A stretch of 64,000 nucleotides of DNA from Candidatus Woesearchaeota archaeon (GTDB lineage Archaea > Nanobdellota > Nanobdellia > Woesearchaeales > UBA10216): contig JACPBX010000003.1 of assembly GCA_016180085.1 (NCBI GenBank), positions 83,582-147,581 of the forward strand, written 5' to 3'. Made by a program: the position numbers and the translations under genes. The notes beneath the pieces were generated by a model, which saw nothing but the letters and a program-made list of their open reading frames with translations, was not told where the DNA came from and did no database searches. The first letter of the stretch is position 1. Every line of letters begins with the position of its first letter. Shown here piece by piece: positions 8,997-18,988 of this stretch.

Positions 8997-10040
8997 ATGG
9001 GAAATGAAGACGTTATTTCAGCAGTGAAATCAAAGTATCCGCTTTCCAGGCTCAAGGAGATGCTTGAGGGCCTTGGAAGTGTTAAGGCGATGGTGGTGGG
9101 CGATACCATAATTGACGAGTATCACTTCACAATCCCGAAGGGCAGGGCCACGAAGGACCCTATTTTGTCCGTTGACTACATCAACCACGAGGTTTATGCC
9201 GGCGGCATTTTGGCAATTGCCAACCATGTCAGCAACTTTGTTGGCAGCGTTACGTGCGTAACGCTTCTGGGTAATAAGGACGACAGGAAGGGCTTTGTTG
9301 AAGGCTCGCTTAACAGGAACGTTACCCTGAAATCCTTTATGAAGGAGAACTCACCTACAACTGTTAAAAAGCGCTATCTGAACTATCTTCGCAACGAAAA
9401 GCTGTTTAAGGTTGAGTACATTAACGACAGGCCCATATCTGAAAAGCTTGAGGCTGAACTGATAGCTTTCCTTAATGTTGAGCTGCCCAGGCACGACCTT
9501 GTCCTGGTCGGTGACTTTGGCCACGGCATGATAACCCCGGCAATTATTGAGGTATTGGAGAAAAAGGCGAAATACCTTTGTGTCAATGCGCAGAGCAACA
9601 GCTCAAACCTGGGCTTCAACTTTGTGACAAGGTATCATTTGCCCGCTTTTGTGACAATGGACGTCCAGGAGCTCCAGTACGCTGTTGGCGACAGGTTCAG
9701 CCCCATGCCTGTCCTTATTCAGAAGCTGCACGAAAAGGCAGGCTTTAACAAGTTCCTCGTGACTATGGGCAAGGATGGCGCTGGCTTCTTCAGCAGCGGC
9801 AGGCTTTCTTTTTTCCCTGCCTTTGTGACAAGGCCTCAGGACACTGTCGGGGCTGGCGACGCTGTCTTTTCCATCGCATCCCTTTTCTCCTACAGCAGCC
9901 ATGATGAGCTGATTCCCTTCATTGCCAACTGCGTGGGAGGGATTGCTGTTTCGTACATGGGCAACAAGGAGTTCATAACCAGGAACGCGCTTGTCAGCTT
10001 TGTTGAAGAAGTGTATAATGGCAATACGAAGGTGCGGTGA
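8997..10040 (+). CDS. PfkB-family sugar kinase (HldE/RfaE kinase-domain-like)
   Basis: VVGDTIIDEY, VGDFGHG, VTMGKDG and anion hole DTVGAGD. Confidence 0.85.
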   Translation: MGNEDVISAVKSKYPLSRLKEMLEGLGSVKAMVVGDTIIDEYHFTIPKGRATKDPILSVDYINHEVYAGGILAIANHVSNFVGSVTCVTLLGNKDDRKGFVEGSLNRNVTLKSFMKENSPTTVKKRYLNYLRNEKLFKVEYINDRPISEKLEAELIAFLNVELPRHDLVLVGDFGHGMITPAIIEVLEKKAKYLCVNAQSNSSNLGFNFVTRYHLPAFVTMDVQELQYAVGDRFSPMPVLIQKLHEKAGFNKFLVTMGKDGAGFFSSGRLSFFPAFVTRPQDTVGAGDAVFSIASLFSYSSHDELIPFIANCVGGIAVSYMGNKEFITRNALVSFVEEVYNGNTKVR

Positions 10041-10064
10041 TTATAGCGCTTATCGCTTACTTCG

Positions 10065-11213
10065 TCATCTTTCCATTACCTTGTCAAACTCGTTCTTCAG
10101 CTCTTCATAGCTTTTGTCTGTGACGTCGATGAATGCAGCATTGGCGTTCCGTGCCATGCCGGCGTCGTCTTCGCTGTTGCCGATAACGGCTGCCTTGTCA
10201 AACTCCTTTATGTTCTTGCCCAGCTGCTGTAAGGCCTGCAGCAGCATCTCGGGGCTCGGCTTCCTTTTTGTTTTCTTTTTTACAAAATCCGGGTTGAAAT
10301 TAGCTTCTTTCTGTAAGGCGGCATAGTCCGCATCAGCGTCTGGGCAGTATTGCCAGTTGTTTATTATAACACCTTTTCTTCTCAATAATTCATGAATGTG
10401 CTTGTTTACAGCTTCAACTTTTTCCGCATCAAAATAGCCCCTGGCAACTCCCTGCTGATTTGAAATAACGACCCTGACAGTGTCGTACTTTGTCTGTATG
10501 TAGATGAGCAAGTCAACAACTTCTTTCTTTAGCTTTATCTGATCTCTCCAGTTAGAGTCTTTGCCCAGAAAATTAACCTTCTCCACCAATGTGCCGTCCC
10601 TGTCAATCACCAGCAGCACTTTTTCGCTCTTTGCATTTTCCTGTATGTGCCTGATGATGGCCGTTGTTGACATTTTCTGGTCTGTGGTATACTTTATTTC
10701 GCCGCCAACAGCCTTTATCGCTTCTCTCTCGGAAGTGATTCCTGGTGTTGTCTTTTCAGCAAAATCGGGCCCTTTTATGTAATAGGCAGGTTTTAGCATT
10801 TTAATCAGGTCGGTTGCTTTCTCAAAGTCGCTGACAATCACGTAGTCAACATACCGGATGCTTGCAACTGAATAAGCCCTTAATGCCTCTGAGAAGATTG
10901 GCCTGCCGCTGCCTTTCCTGGCTGCCACAAACCTGTCTGCGGTTACTGCAACAAAAAGGCAGTCGCAAAGCTTTTTTGCTGATTCCAGGTGCTTTATGTG
11001 ACCTGGATGAAGAAGGTCAAAGCCGCCGTTGCAAAGCCCGGCTTTCCTTCCCTGCTTCCTCAGCTCCTCGCTTTTTTCCACAGCCTCGGCAAGGCTTATG
11101 ACCTTGTCGGACCTGTAGTTTTTGGGTGAGTCTTCCTTTATCATCTGCAATGCAGCCCTATTTGCCGCCTCCGCCTCCTGCAAGCTTTTTAACCTTCCTG
11201 ATAATTGCTTCAA
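10065..11213 (-). CDS. Fusion: RfaE-II-type nucleotidyltransferase + GmhB-like HAD phosphatase
   Basis: N-domain GGFDLLHPGH, VAVTAD, KGPDF and STTAII; C-domain IDRDGTL, SNQQGVARG and RKPSPEM. The true start may be 11144. Confidence 0.85.
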   Translation of the reverse strand: MKQLSGRLKSLQEAEAANRAALQMIKEDSPKNYRSDKVISLAEAVEKSEELRKQGRKAGLCNGGFDLLHPGHIKHLESAKKLCDCLFVAVTADRFVAARKGSGRPIFSEALRAYSVASIRYVDYVIVSDFEKATDLIKMLKPAYYIKGPDFAEKTTPGITSEREAIKAVGGEIKYTTDQKMSTTAIIRHIQENAKSEKVLLVIDRDGTLVEKVNFLGKDSNWRDQIKLKKEVVDLLIYIQTKYDTVRVVISNQQGVARGYFDAEKVEAVNKHIHELLRRKGVIINNWQYCPDADADYAALQKEANFNPDFVKKKTKRKPSPEMLLQALQQLGKNIKEFDKAAVIGNSEDDAGMARNANAAFIDVTDKSYEELKNEFDKVMER

Positions 11214-11895
11214 GCCAGACTTCGGCGAATAGTTTGGGTATGAAGGCCGTTACCCCTAATATGTTTTTCGCCCTGAACATCTTTGAGCTGGGCTTCGGCG
11301 CTATGTTGACTGGTATTTCCTCATAGCTGTGGCCCCGGCGGAGCAGCCTTACAAGTATTTCCGCCTGGAAGGCGTAGCTGTTGGTTGTTATCCTTGCCTG
11401 CCTTGCGAGGCTTGTTTCATAGCACACCATCCCGAGATAATATTTCAGCCTCAGCCCGAAGAGCACGTTGAGTGTTGTTGTGAACATTGTTGATATCAGC
11501 CTTCTGTCTACTGGCCTTGTTTCCCTGTTGGCAACATATGCTACGATGATGTCTTTTTCGCCAACGTGCTGCAGGAATGCCTTCACTGATTCGGGTGGTA
11601 TGCCGCCGCTGCCAGGCAGAATCATGATGTACTTTTTGGCTGCAGCTGTAAGCCCTGCGCGGTAGCTGTAGCCGACGTTCATGTTTTTCCTGTTGTGGAT
11701 GACCCTTATCCTGTGGTTTTCCCTTGCAAGCCGGTCTGCCATCTCTGGCGTTTTGTCAGTGCTTCCGTCATCAAGGATTATTAGTTCGTAGTCGTTGAAC
11801 ACGCTGCCGACAGCTTCAATGATGTTCCTGACCGCTGCTGAAAGGTTTCTTTCCTCGTTATATGCAGAGATTAGGATGGTTATTGACCTTTCCAT
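11158..11895 (-). CDS. GT2 glycosyltransferase (polyprenol-P-sugar synthase-like)
   Basis: ISAYNEE, DDGSTD, SYAFQAEI. Confidence 0.85.
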   Translation of the reverse strand: MERSITILISAYNEERNLSAAVRNIIEAVGSVFNDYELIILDDGSTDKTPEMADRLARENHRIRVIHNRKNMNVGYSYRAGLTAAAKKYIMILPGSGGIPPESVKAFLQHVGEKDIIVAYVANRETRPVDRRLISTMFTTTLNVLFGLRLKYYLGMVCYETSLARQARITTNSYAFQAEILVRLLRRGHSYEEIPVNIAPKPSSKMFRAKNILGVTAFIPKLFAEVWLEAIIRKVKKLAGGGGGK

Positions 11896-11935
11896 GCTGT
11901 CATGCTCCCACATAGCTATGTTATTAATTAAGCTG

Positions 11936-13066
11936 TTAGAATGGCCCCGTGAAGCTCGGGTCTGGCACGTCGGGCTTGGCAGGCAGCTTCTGCCTCTCTG
12001 ACTCGGCTATGGCTTTCGCCTGCCCTTCCGGCACATTTGCCAGCTCGCACACCTCTTTTATTATGTCGATGTGCGATGGATAATAATGCTTGCTCAACGC
12101 ATGGCTCGTTGGTGTCGGGATGTCCGGCAGCGTCACCCTTTTTGGCGCTGCTTTCAGCCTGCCAAACAAGGATTTGTTTTCGCTGACCCTCGCTATGATA
12201 TCGCCTGCAAGCCCGCCTGAGTAGTAGCCTGAGTCGATGACAAGGAGCTTGCCTGTTTTTTCAACGCTCTGCCTGATTGTTTCGAAGTCCAGAGGCTTTA
12301 TCGTCCTTAAGTCTATGATTTCAGGGCTTACTTTCCCGGCCAGTGCATTTGCCGCTTTCATAGCCTGAACAGTCATGTAAGAGCTTGTTACGATTGTCAC
12401 GTCTTTTCCTTCCCTGAGCACCTTTGCCTTTCCAATGGGCACTGTGTATGGCTTTTCAGGCACATACCCTGTTATGTTGTGCAGCCACCTGTGCTCTATG
12501 AATATGACTGGGTTGTTGTCCTTTACGCTTGCGATGAGAAGCCCTTTTGCATCATAGGCGTTGCTTGGCATCACGACTTTCAGCCCAGGCGCATGTGCCA
12601 GAATGGCTTGCAGGTTTTGCGAATGCTGGGCTCCCTGCCCCCAGCCCTGCCCTATTATTGCCCTTATGACCATTGGCACGCTCAGCCTGCCTCCAAACAT
12701 GTAGTGCCATTTCGCTGCATTGTTTACAATCTGGTCCATGGCAAGGAGGATGAAGTCGAGCCTTTGGTGCACCATAATCGGCCTTAGGCCTTTCAGTGCT
12801 GCCCCTATGCACACCCCTGTGAGGCCGTTTTCCGATACCGGCATGTCAAGCACCCTGTTTTTGCCGTGCTTTTCCCGGAGCCCTGTTGTTGTGCCAAAGA
12901 TGTGCTTCGGGTCAGGCACGCCTTCGCCTATTACGAACACAGAGCTGTCCATCTGCATGCACTGGTCTGTTGCTTCCAGCACTGCCTCTGCGTAGGTTAT
13001 CTTTCTCTTCCTTTCATCTTTAGCAGCTTCAGCCGTTGTTTCCATTTTTTCCATTTCCATCAGCAT
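11936..13066 (-). CDS. 2-oxoacid dehydrogenase E1 beta / transketolase-C subunit
   Basis: DMPVSE, GAQHSQ, PGLKVVMP, FIEHR, DLRTIKPLD. Confidence 0.9.
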   Translation of the reverse strand: MLMEMEKMETTAEAAKDERKRKITYAEAVLEATDQCMQMDSSVFVIGEGVPDPKHIFGTTTGLREKHGKNRVLDMPVSENGLTGVCIGAALKGLRPIMVHQRLDFILLAMDQIVNNAAKWHYMFGGRLSVPMVIRAIIGQGWGQGAQHSQNLQAILAHAPGLKVVMPSNAYDAKGLLIASVKDNNPVIFIEHRWLHNITGYVPEKPYTVPIGKAKVLREGKDVTIVTSSYMTVQAMKAANALAGKVSPEIIDLRTIKPLDFETIRQSVEKTGKLLVIDSGYYSGGLAGDIIARVSENKSLFGRLKAAPKRVTLPDIPTPTSHALSKHYYPSHIDIIKEVCELANVPEGQAKAIAESERQKLPAKPDVPDPSFTGPF

Positions 13067-14067
13067 TAGTCAGCGTAAAGGTTGTCTGCCAGGGTTTCCT
13101 TTGCAGGGAAAGGGCTCTCCTTTGCGAACCTGAATGCCTCGTTCACTTCTTTCTTTACAGTTTCGTCAATTGCCTCAAGCTCCTTTTCCGTTGAAACCCT
13201 TTTGCCGAGCAGGGTTTCCCTGAGTTTTTTGATTGGGTCTTTTTCCTTCCATTCTGCTATTTCCTGTGCTGTCCTGTAGCCGAGCTTTGAGTCATCGTTT
13301 GGGCCGACGTGCTCAAGCCACCTGTATGTTGCAAACTCAAGGAACGCCGGTCCGGCTCCTGACCGCGCATGCTCAACCGCTTTTTTCGCTGCTGTGTAGA
13401 CTGCAATGGCGTCGTTGCCATCCGCTTTGAAAACTGCTATGCCCTGTGCTTTTGCGAGCTGCGTTATTTCGCGCTCAGGCTGCCTTTCCCTTATGTGCGT
13501 CTGGCTTGCGTAGAGGTTGTTTTCGCAGGCAAACAGCACAGGCAGCCTGTGCAGTGCTGCGAAGTTCGTTGCCTCGTGGAACGCCCCCCCCTCAACAGCC
13601 GAATCGCCAAAGAAAGCAACCGAAATTGCGTTCTTCTTTTGCATCCTCGCTGCGAGCGCAGCTCCTACAGCAACTGGTATCGTCCCTCCAACCAATGGAG
13701 TTGAGGCAACAAAATTTGCTGCCAGGTCAATCAGGTGCATTGAGCCTCCCCTGCCTTTTGCGCAGCCGGTTTCCTTTCCGTATAGTTCTGCAATCATGGC
13801 TTTCAGGCTGCCTCCCTTTGCAAGGTAATGGCCATGAGCCCTGTGGTTGGAGAATGCGCTGTCTTCACTCGTCAGGTTTTGGCACACGCCCGCAGGCACT
13901 GCCTCCTGGCCTATGCAGAGGTGCACCGGGCATCTCATTTCCTGCTCTGGGTAAAGCTCGGCTATCCTTTCCTCTGTTCTCCTTATCAGGAGCATCGAGC
14001 TGTAAAGTCCAAGAAGTATGTTATTGTCAGGCAGATTTTCCATTTTTTCATCATCAGCGTTTTCCAT
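13066..14067 (-). CDS. ThDP-dependent dehydrogenase E1 alpha subunit
   Basis: HLCIGQEA, SNHRAHGH, GRGGSMH, ThDP motif GDS...ENN, YRWLEH. Confidence 0.9.
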   Translation of the reverse strand: MENADDEKMENLPDNNILLGLYSSMLLIRRTEERIAELYPEQEMRCPVHLCIGQEAVPAGVCQNLTSEDSAFSNHRAHGHYLAKGGSLKAMIAELYGKETGCAKGRGGSMHLIDLAANFVASTPLVGGTIPVAVGAALAARMQKKNAISVAFFGDSAVEGGAFHEATNFAALHRLPVLFACENNLYASQTHIRERQPEREITQLAKAQGIAVFKADGNDAIAVYTAAKKAVEHARSGAGPAFLEFATYRWLEHVGPNDDSKLGYRTAQEIAEWKEKDPIKKLRETLLGKRVSTEKELEAIDETVKKEVNEAFRFAKESPFPAKETLADNLYAD

Positions 14068-14175
14068 CGTTTTTCGGGGTTTCGTGGCAGCCGTTGCCTT
14101 TAAAAACTTTTTTGAGGTTTGGGGTTTTTGGAATATGGAATAAATTTAAATAATGCATGAGCCGCGCTGCAGCCA

Positions 14176-16479
14176 ATGGGGTTTGTTCCGGTTTTCGTGT
14201 TTTTGGCATGCACCTGGGGCCTTGGGTTCTCTGTCCTGAGGCTCGCCAGGGCTGGGGAGCAGGATAGCTTTCTTGAGCGCAACGTCATGAGGATAGGCAT
14301 AGGCCTGTCATCCTTTGTCGTGCTTGGAGTGATATTTAACGCTCTTGGAATCCCCCTGGACTACAGGGTTTTCCTTGTTTTTTCCGGGTTGATGCCCGCC
14401 TACGAGCTTCTGGTAAGGAAGGGCTTCAGGAAAACAAAGGCAACGCCATCAGCAAACTCGCAGGAAAAAACAGGCGGAAAGGCAGGCATGAAGCTGAAGC
14501 TATCTGACATCAACGCTGTTGTTGTCCTGGTGATATTTGCCGCAACACTCATCATGTATCTGTCAGGAGCGTTCAGGTACCCATATCTTGAGGATGACGA
14601 CCCGTGGGGGCACGCGTCTGCTGTAAAGTACGTGTCTGTGGAGAAGACAGCCAATGACCCGGCTACGCTTGATTTCCATTACATGGACCCGTATCCTCCG
14701 GGCTATGACATGGTATTGGGCATTCTGAATCAGGTTTCGTCATCAACAGCATGGACACTGAAGTTCTTCAATGCGCTTTTCATCTCCCTTAGCATCATGT
14801 TCTTTTATTTCTTCACAAAGGAGTTCTTTGGCAACAGGAACAAGGCGCTCTTCGCGGCCTTTGTGCTTGCGTCAGTGCCTGCCTACCTGAGTCATTTCAT
14901 ATGGGCGCCTGCGCTTGCAATGGCTGTTTTTTCCCAGGCAATGTATTCGTTGGAGATGTTAAAGCATGACAGGAAGTGGTGGGCTGTTGCAGGCGTCTGC
15001 TTTGCAGCAATATTGCTCTCGCATCCAACCCATGCAGTCAAGCTGACAGGGCTTGTGCTGATATATGTTGGCGTGAAGGCTGTTGCCAACCTTACGTTCA
15101 GCACAAAATCTCTGCCTTTGCTGCTGCGTCAGCTGCAGCCGAGCCTCGGCAATTTTGCCGCAGTTGCTTTTGGTGTTTTCCTGTCCTTGTTCTGGTGGGC
15201 AGCCAAGTGGAAAGGCTTTTTCGGCGTGGCAAGGGGAAGCTTCAGGGCAGGGAGCGAGGCTGTAACAGGGGCTGTTGGAAGCTCAGGCAGCATGCTTGCA
15301 AAGCTCCTTTCGCTGCCGGCAAGAATCTTCAACGCAGAAAGCGGCACAGCAACAAGGGTCTATCTGCTGAGGGATTTCGCGGTTGTCCAGGGCAACAACA
15401 TGATAAACAATCCCGTGGGGCTGGGCTTTTTTGCCTTCGTGCTGATGGTTGCAGGGATTGTTTCTGCTGCTTCAAAAATTGTAATGCATTTGCCAAAGAG
15501 GAAAGCCGCAATAGCTGCGGCAGCTGCGGCGGTTATAGTCCTGGCTGTGATTATAGCTTCAAACACTTATGAATACCAGACAAACCTGTACGAGACCGGG
15601 TCTAGGTTTGCACAGTTTCTGCAGTCGCCGCCAAGCTATGCAAGCGTGTTTCTCATGTCGCTGATGTTAAGCTCATTGGCGGTCGCTTTTGTTCTTTCAA
15701 TTGCTGCCATAATTATTTTGAGGCGGAAATCCCACAGCCAAGGCGACCAAGGCGACCAGGAGAATCAGCAAAACTGGCAAAGCAGCCTTGTTATAGCAGC
15801 GATACTGCTGGGTTGGCTGCTTTTTACATTTTTGGGCGTGAACAGCCGGACGTTCAACCTGCCTGTGGGGCTTTTTGCATTCAGGTTCTGGATGATTTTT
15901 GCCATACCTGCTGCAATGCTGGCTGCCGAGGGGCTTTTTTCCATGCTGGGGCTGGTTAAGGCGCTGAAGCTTGATGCCGCAACAGCAACAACAGTGAAAC
16001 TGGCAATAATAGCTGTTGTTGTCGCGGGAGTGCTTTTCACTTCTGCGAAGCAGAAGTATGACACAAACACTAGCTGCTGGCCATCCGGTGCGTTCTGGAG
16101 CGGGGAGTTTGTGCTTGAGCCAGGCTCTAACTGCCCGGTCCAGGCAGAGCTGCTGTCCTACCAGTGGCTGAAGACCCTGCCTGCAGGGACAAAGGTGTTT
16201 ACTTTTTCCAACCCTGACCAGGTGATAGGGTTTGACAAGTACTCGTGCGGGTGGTGTGCGCCGGAATATGGCATGCGGCAGAGGTTCTACAATGTCACAG
16301 CATCAGAACTAAACAGCTTCATGGCCGAGAACAGTTACGAATACCTTATTCTGGGAGGAATTGAAGCCAGGAACTACGGTCTGAACAGGACAGTCCAGCT
16401 CATAAACGAGTTTGCTGAGTCAAGGCTCTTTACTGTTGCCTACAACGGCCAGTCAGCGGTGGTGTTCAGGACAGCATGA
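14176..16479 (+). CDS. Multi-pass membrane protein, GT-C/AglB-N-terminal-like glycosyltransferase candidate
   Basis: Many hydrophobic segments, first-loop acidic motif EDDDPWGH, YPPGYD and a soluble C-terminal domain. Confidence 0.65.
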   Translation: MGFVPVFVFLACTWGLGFSVLRLARAGEQDSFLERNVMRIGIGLSSFVVLGVIFNALGIPLDYRVFLVFSGLMPAYELLVRKGFRKTKATPSANSQEKTGGKAGMKLKLSDINAVVVLVIFAATLIMYLSGAFRYPYLEDDDPWGHASAVKYVSVEKTANDPATLDFHYMDPYPPGYDMVLGILNQVSSSTAWTLKFFNALFISLSIMFFYFFTKEFFGNRNKALFAAFVLASVPAYLSHFIWAPALAMAVFSQAMYSLEMLKHDRKWWAVAGVCFAAILLSHPTHAVKLTGLVLIYVGVKAVANLTFSTKSLPLLLRQLQPSLGNFAAVAFGVFLSLFWWAAKWKGFFGVARGSFRAGSEAVTGAVGSSGSMLAKLLSLPARIFNAESGTATRVYLLRDFAVVQGNNMINNPVGLGFFAFVLMVAGIVSAASKIVMHLPKRKAAIAAAAAAVIVLAVIIASNTYEYQTNLYETGSRFAQFLQSPPSYASVFLMSLMLSSLAVAFVLSIAAIIILRRKSHSQGDQGDQENQQNWQSSLVIAAILLGWLLFTFLGVNSRTFNLPVGLFAFRFWMIFAIPAAMLAAEGLFSMLGLVKALKLDAATATTVKLAIIAVVVAGVLFTSAKQKYDTNTSCWPSGAFWSGEFVLEPGSNCPVQAELLSYQWLKTLPAGTKVFTFSNPDQVIGFDKYSCGWCAPEYGMRQRFYNVTASELNSFMAENSYEYLILGGIEARNYGLNRTVQLINEFAESRLFTVAYNGQSAVVFRTA

Positions 16480-18023
16480 ATAAGCTGTATAAGTTATCAA
16501 GATTGTTTGGAAACGACAGCTATGCAAAGCTGGCCCTGGCAGTTATAATAATAGGGGCTATAGTGAGGTTCTCTCTTGCAGCGCTTAGCCATCCTGCCGG
16601 TGACAGCTGCTGGCACCTTTCGGTTGCGAGGTTTATCGCCGAAAACGGCAGGATACCGCTTCTTGAGCCGTTCGGCATAACAGACAGGCAGGTGTTTACA
16701 GCCCCTCCCCTGTTTCACCTGATTGCTGCAGCTGTTTACAAGGTTTTCAGCCTGGTAAGCATACCTGCTGCCGAGCTAGCATACAAGCTCGTCTCTCCGC
16801 TATTCGGCGCATTAACGCTGCCTGTGGTTTTCCTGCTTGGCAGGAAGCTGTACAATCCAAAAATTGCGTTCTGGGCCACGTTCTTCCTGGCGTTCCTGCC
16901 GCTGCACATGAACTCCAGCGTTGTGTCGTTTGTTGATTCGCTCACCACTTTGCTTGCTGCTCTGGCTGTTTATTTCCTTGTTTCAAGAAGGGTGCTGGCC
17001 GCAGCCGTTTTCCTGGGCCTCGGCCTGGCTGCAAAGCAGACCATGATAGCCCTGGTGCCTGTGTTTTTCCTGGCCCTGGCAGTTTTTTACAGGAAAAACC
17101 TGAAAGCCCTCATAGCAAAGTCATTGGCCTCAGCGCTCATAGCCGCAGTGATAGGGCTGCCGTGGCTTATCAGGAATTACGTGCTGCTCAAAAATCCTGT
17201 CTGGCCTTTCCTTTACAAGCTGATAGGAGGCACAGTAGCTCCGGAAGTGGCGGAAGGGTTTTCAGCAGCCTACCTGTTCTCAGCTGGCCATGCCCTGAGG
17301 TTTTTCCTTGAGCTTATGGGAGCTCCTCTTGGAAGCCTCGGTGCTGTGGCATTTTTGAAGCTGCCGTTTGCTGGCGCAGTCAGTGTAATGCTTGCAGTAT
17401 GGCTTGCGCTGGTGATTATTTTTTCCGTGCCTGTTATTGCCGGAGTCCTTGCCAGGGGTGTAAAGCACCGCTGGCTGCTTTATGCATGGATGGCGGCATT
17501 CCTGCTGGTAACCATGGTTTACATAATCAACGTAGGCATGGGGTCTGCAAGGTTTTTCCTTGCATCAGCGCCGGCACTCGCGATTATATGGGCAGTCGGG
17601 ATTGACAGGATACTCGGCAAGGCAGGCAGCATTCAAGGCATTGAAGGGATGCGCAGGCTTAGTGTAACAGCACTTGTAATTATGGTGGTTGTAGGCAGTG
17701 TTGTTGCATTTGCTGCTGTTGAGGCTGCAAAAACAATTACCGGTGCCAATGAGTGGGCAAAGTACGAAGAGGACTTCAGCTGGATAAGGCAGAACACGCC
17801 CCAAAAAGCGCTCATAGGATACAGGGGGCAGTGCATGAGCTACAACGTGCACCGCTTCTCGAACTTCAAGCTCGACAAGGTTGACTACCTATGGGTAAAC
17901 CAGGGCTTCAGGCTTGAGCCTATAAGCATTTTGGAGCCGCAACTGCTTGGGCAGGTTCAGGGTAATTTCACCAAGGTCTACGATAACAGCGCAACAGGGA
18001 CCGTGATTTACAAGAGAAAATAG
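16476..18023 (+). CDS. GT-C (ArnT/PMT, GT39/GT83-like) membrane glycosyltransferase
   Basis: GDSCWH, PPLFH, AKQT, PWLIRNY..LKNPVWP, ARFF and C-terminal WIRQNTP. Confidence 0.75.
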   Translation: MNKLYKLSRLFGNDSYAKLALAVIIIGAIVRFSLAALSHPAGDSCWHLSVARFIAENGRIPLLEPFGITDRQVFTAPPLFHLIAAAVYKVFSLVSIPAAELAYKLVSPLFGALTLPVVFLLGRKLYNPKIAFWATFFLAFLPLHMNSSVVSFVDSLTTLLAALAVYFLVSRRVLAAAVFLGLGLAAKQTMIALVPVFFLALAVFYRKNLKALIAKSLASALIAAVIGLPWLIRNYVLLKNPVWPFLYKLIGGTVAPEVAEGFSAAYLFSAGHALRFFLELMGAPLGSLGAVAFLKLPFAGAVSVMLAVWLALVIIFSVPVIAGVLARGVKHRWLLYAWMAAFLLVTMVYIINVGMGSARFFLASAPALAIIWAVGIDRILGKAGSIQGIEGMRRLSVTALVIMVVVGSVVAFAAVEAAKTITGANEWAKYEEDFSWIRQNTPQKALIGYRGQCMSYNVHRFSNFKLDKVDYLWVNQGFRLEPISILEPQLLGQVQGNFTKVYDNSATGTVIYKRK

Positions 18024-18025
18024 GC

Positions 18026-18982
18026 CTAATCTTTCCCGCCTTTCACGCTTCTCGCTATCCTGTCAAGCCATTCAATGATTTCGTAGCCGCTGTCAATGCC
18101 TGTGAGAGGCTTATTCCCGTTTCTGATGCAGCTGATGAAGTGCTCAACCTCGTTCCTCAAGGGCTCTTTGGCTGTGACTGGAGGCAAATGTTGGGATGGA
18201 AAGAGCCTTAGCTTCTCTTTCTCTTCAACATCGTCAAAGACAGCTACGGCCTTGTCACCGACTACGGTCATGAGCCGCGTCTTTTTGGCTCCAAACCACG
18301 TTGTTATCAGCGTTGCTGAAAGGCCGCTCTCAAACCTTACAGTGGCTGCTGTGAAATCGTCAAAGCCGCTTTTTGCGTCAGATTTCGCACCAGAAACAGC
18401 TATGCTTTTCCCGCCAGCCTCCACAATTTTTCCCGGGCTGAGCAGGAATTGGATTAGGGAAAGCTGGTGGGGTGCAGCATCCCAGAAGCTGCCAATGTCT
18501 TTCCTTACAGGGAAGCACATGTGCTCGCCAACAACGTATCTGGCCTTCCCCAGGCCTCCATCGCCTATCAGCTTTTTCAGGAAGCGGACATAGTCGTTGT
18601 AGACGTACTGGTGCCCAACCATAAAAGTTGAGCTGCCCTTCCTGACAATTGCCCTGAGCTGTTTTGCTTCCGCAAGGCTTGTGGCCATGGGCTTCTCGAC
18701 AAGGACGTGCTTGCCATGCTCCAGCGCCTCAGCCACAAAAGCGAGGTGGGTTGATGGGGGGGTTGCGATGACAACGCAGTCAACATCCCTGTTCCTGAGT
18801 ACAAGCGAGGCATTTGTGGTGGCAACTGCGGATTTGGGAATCGCATCCTTAATCCCGGCAAGCGACTCATTAGTCCTTGTGGCAACAGCTGAAAGAACAG
18901 CGTCAGGAATGCTTTGGAGAAGTTTGACATAGTTCCTGCCAAAATAGCCAACGCCAATCAAGCCAAAGCGCAGAGGTTTCAT
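18026..18982 (-). CDS. Gfo/Idh/MocA-family oxidoreductase
   Basis: GLIGVGYFG, IATPP..H, HVLVEKP, WDAAPH. Confidence 0.9.
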   Translation of the reverse strand: MKPLRFGLIGVGYFGRNYVKLLQSIPDAVLSAVATRTNESLAGIKDAIPKSAVATTNASLVLRNRDVDCVVIATPPSTHLAFVAEALEHGKHVLVEKPMATSLAEAKQLRAIVRKGSSTFMVGHQYVYNDYVRFLKKLIGDGGLGKARYVVGEHMCFPVRKDIGSFWDAAPHQLSLIQFLLSPGKIVEAGGKSIAVSGAKSDAKSGFDDFTAATVRFESGLSATLITTWFGAKKTRLMTVVGDKAVAVFDDVEEKEKLRLFPSQHLPPVTAKEPLRNEVEHFISCIRNGNKPLTGIDSGYEIIEWLDRIARSVKGGKD

Positions 18983-18988
18983 TTTGAG

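Noticed and set aside
11936-14067. Housekeeping pyruvate dehydrogenase complex
   Set aside because: No E2/E3 or lipoate genes are adjacent and the pair is co-oriented with a GT2; a sugar-pathway role is preferred but unproven.
13446-14153. 235-aa plus-strand ORF
   Set aside because: Antisense shadow of E1 alpha; no recognisable features.
15739-15760. 9-bp direct repeat CAAGGCGAC x2 (QGDQGDQ)
   Set aside because: In-frame micro-duplication in a loop of a membrane protein; no sign of a phase-variation tract.
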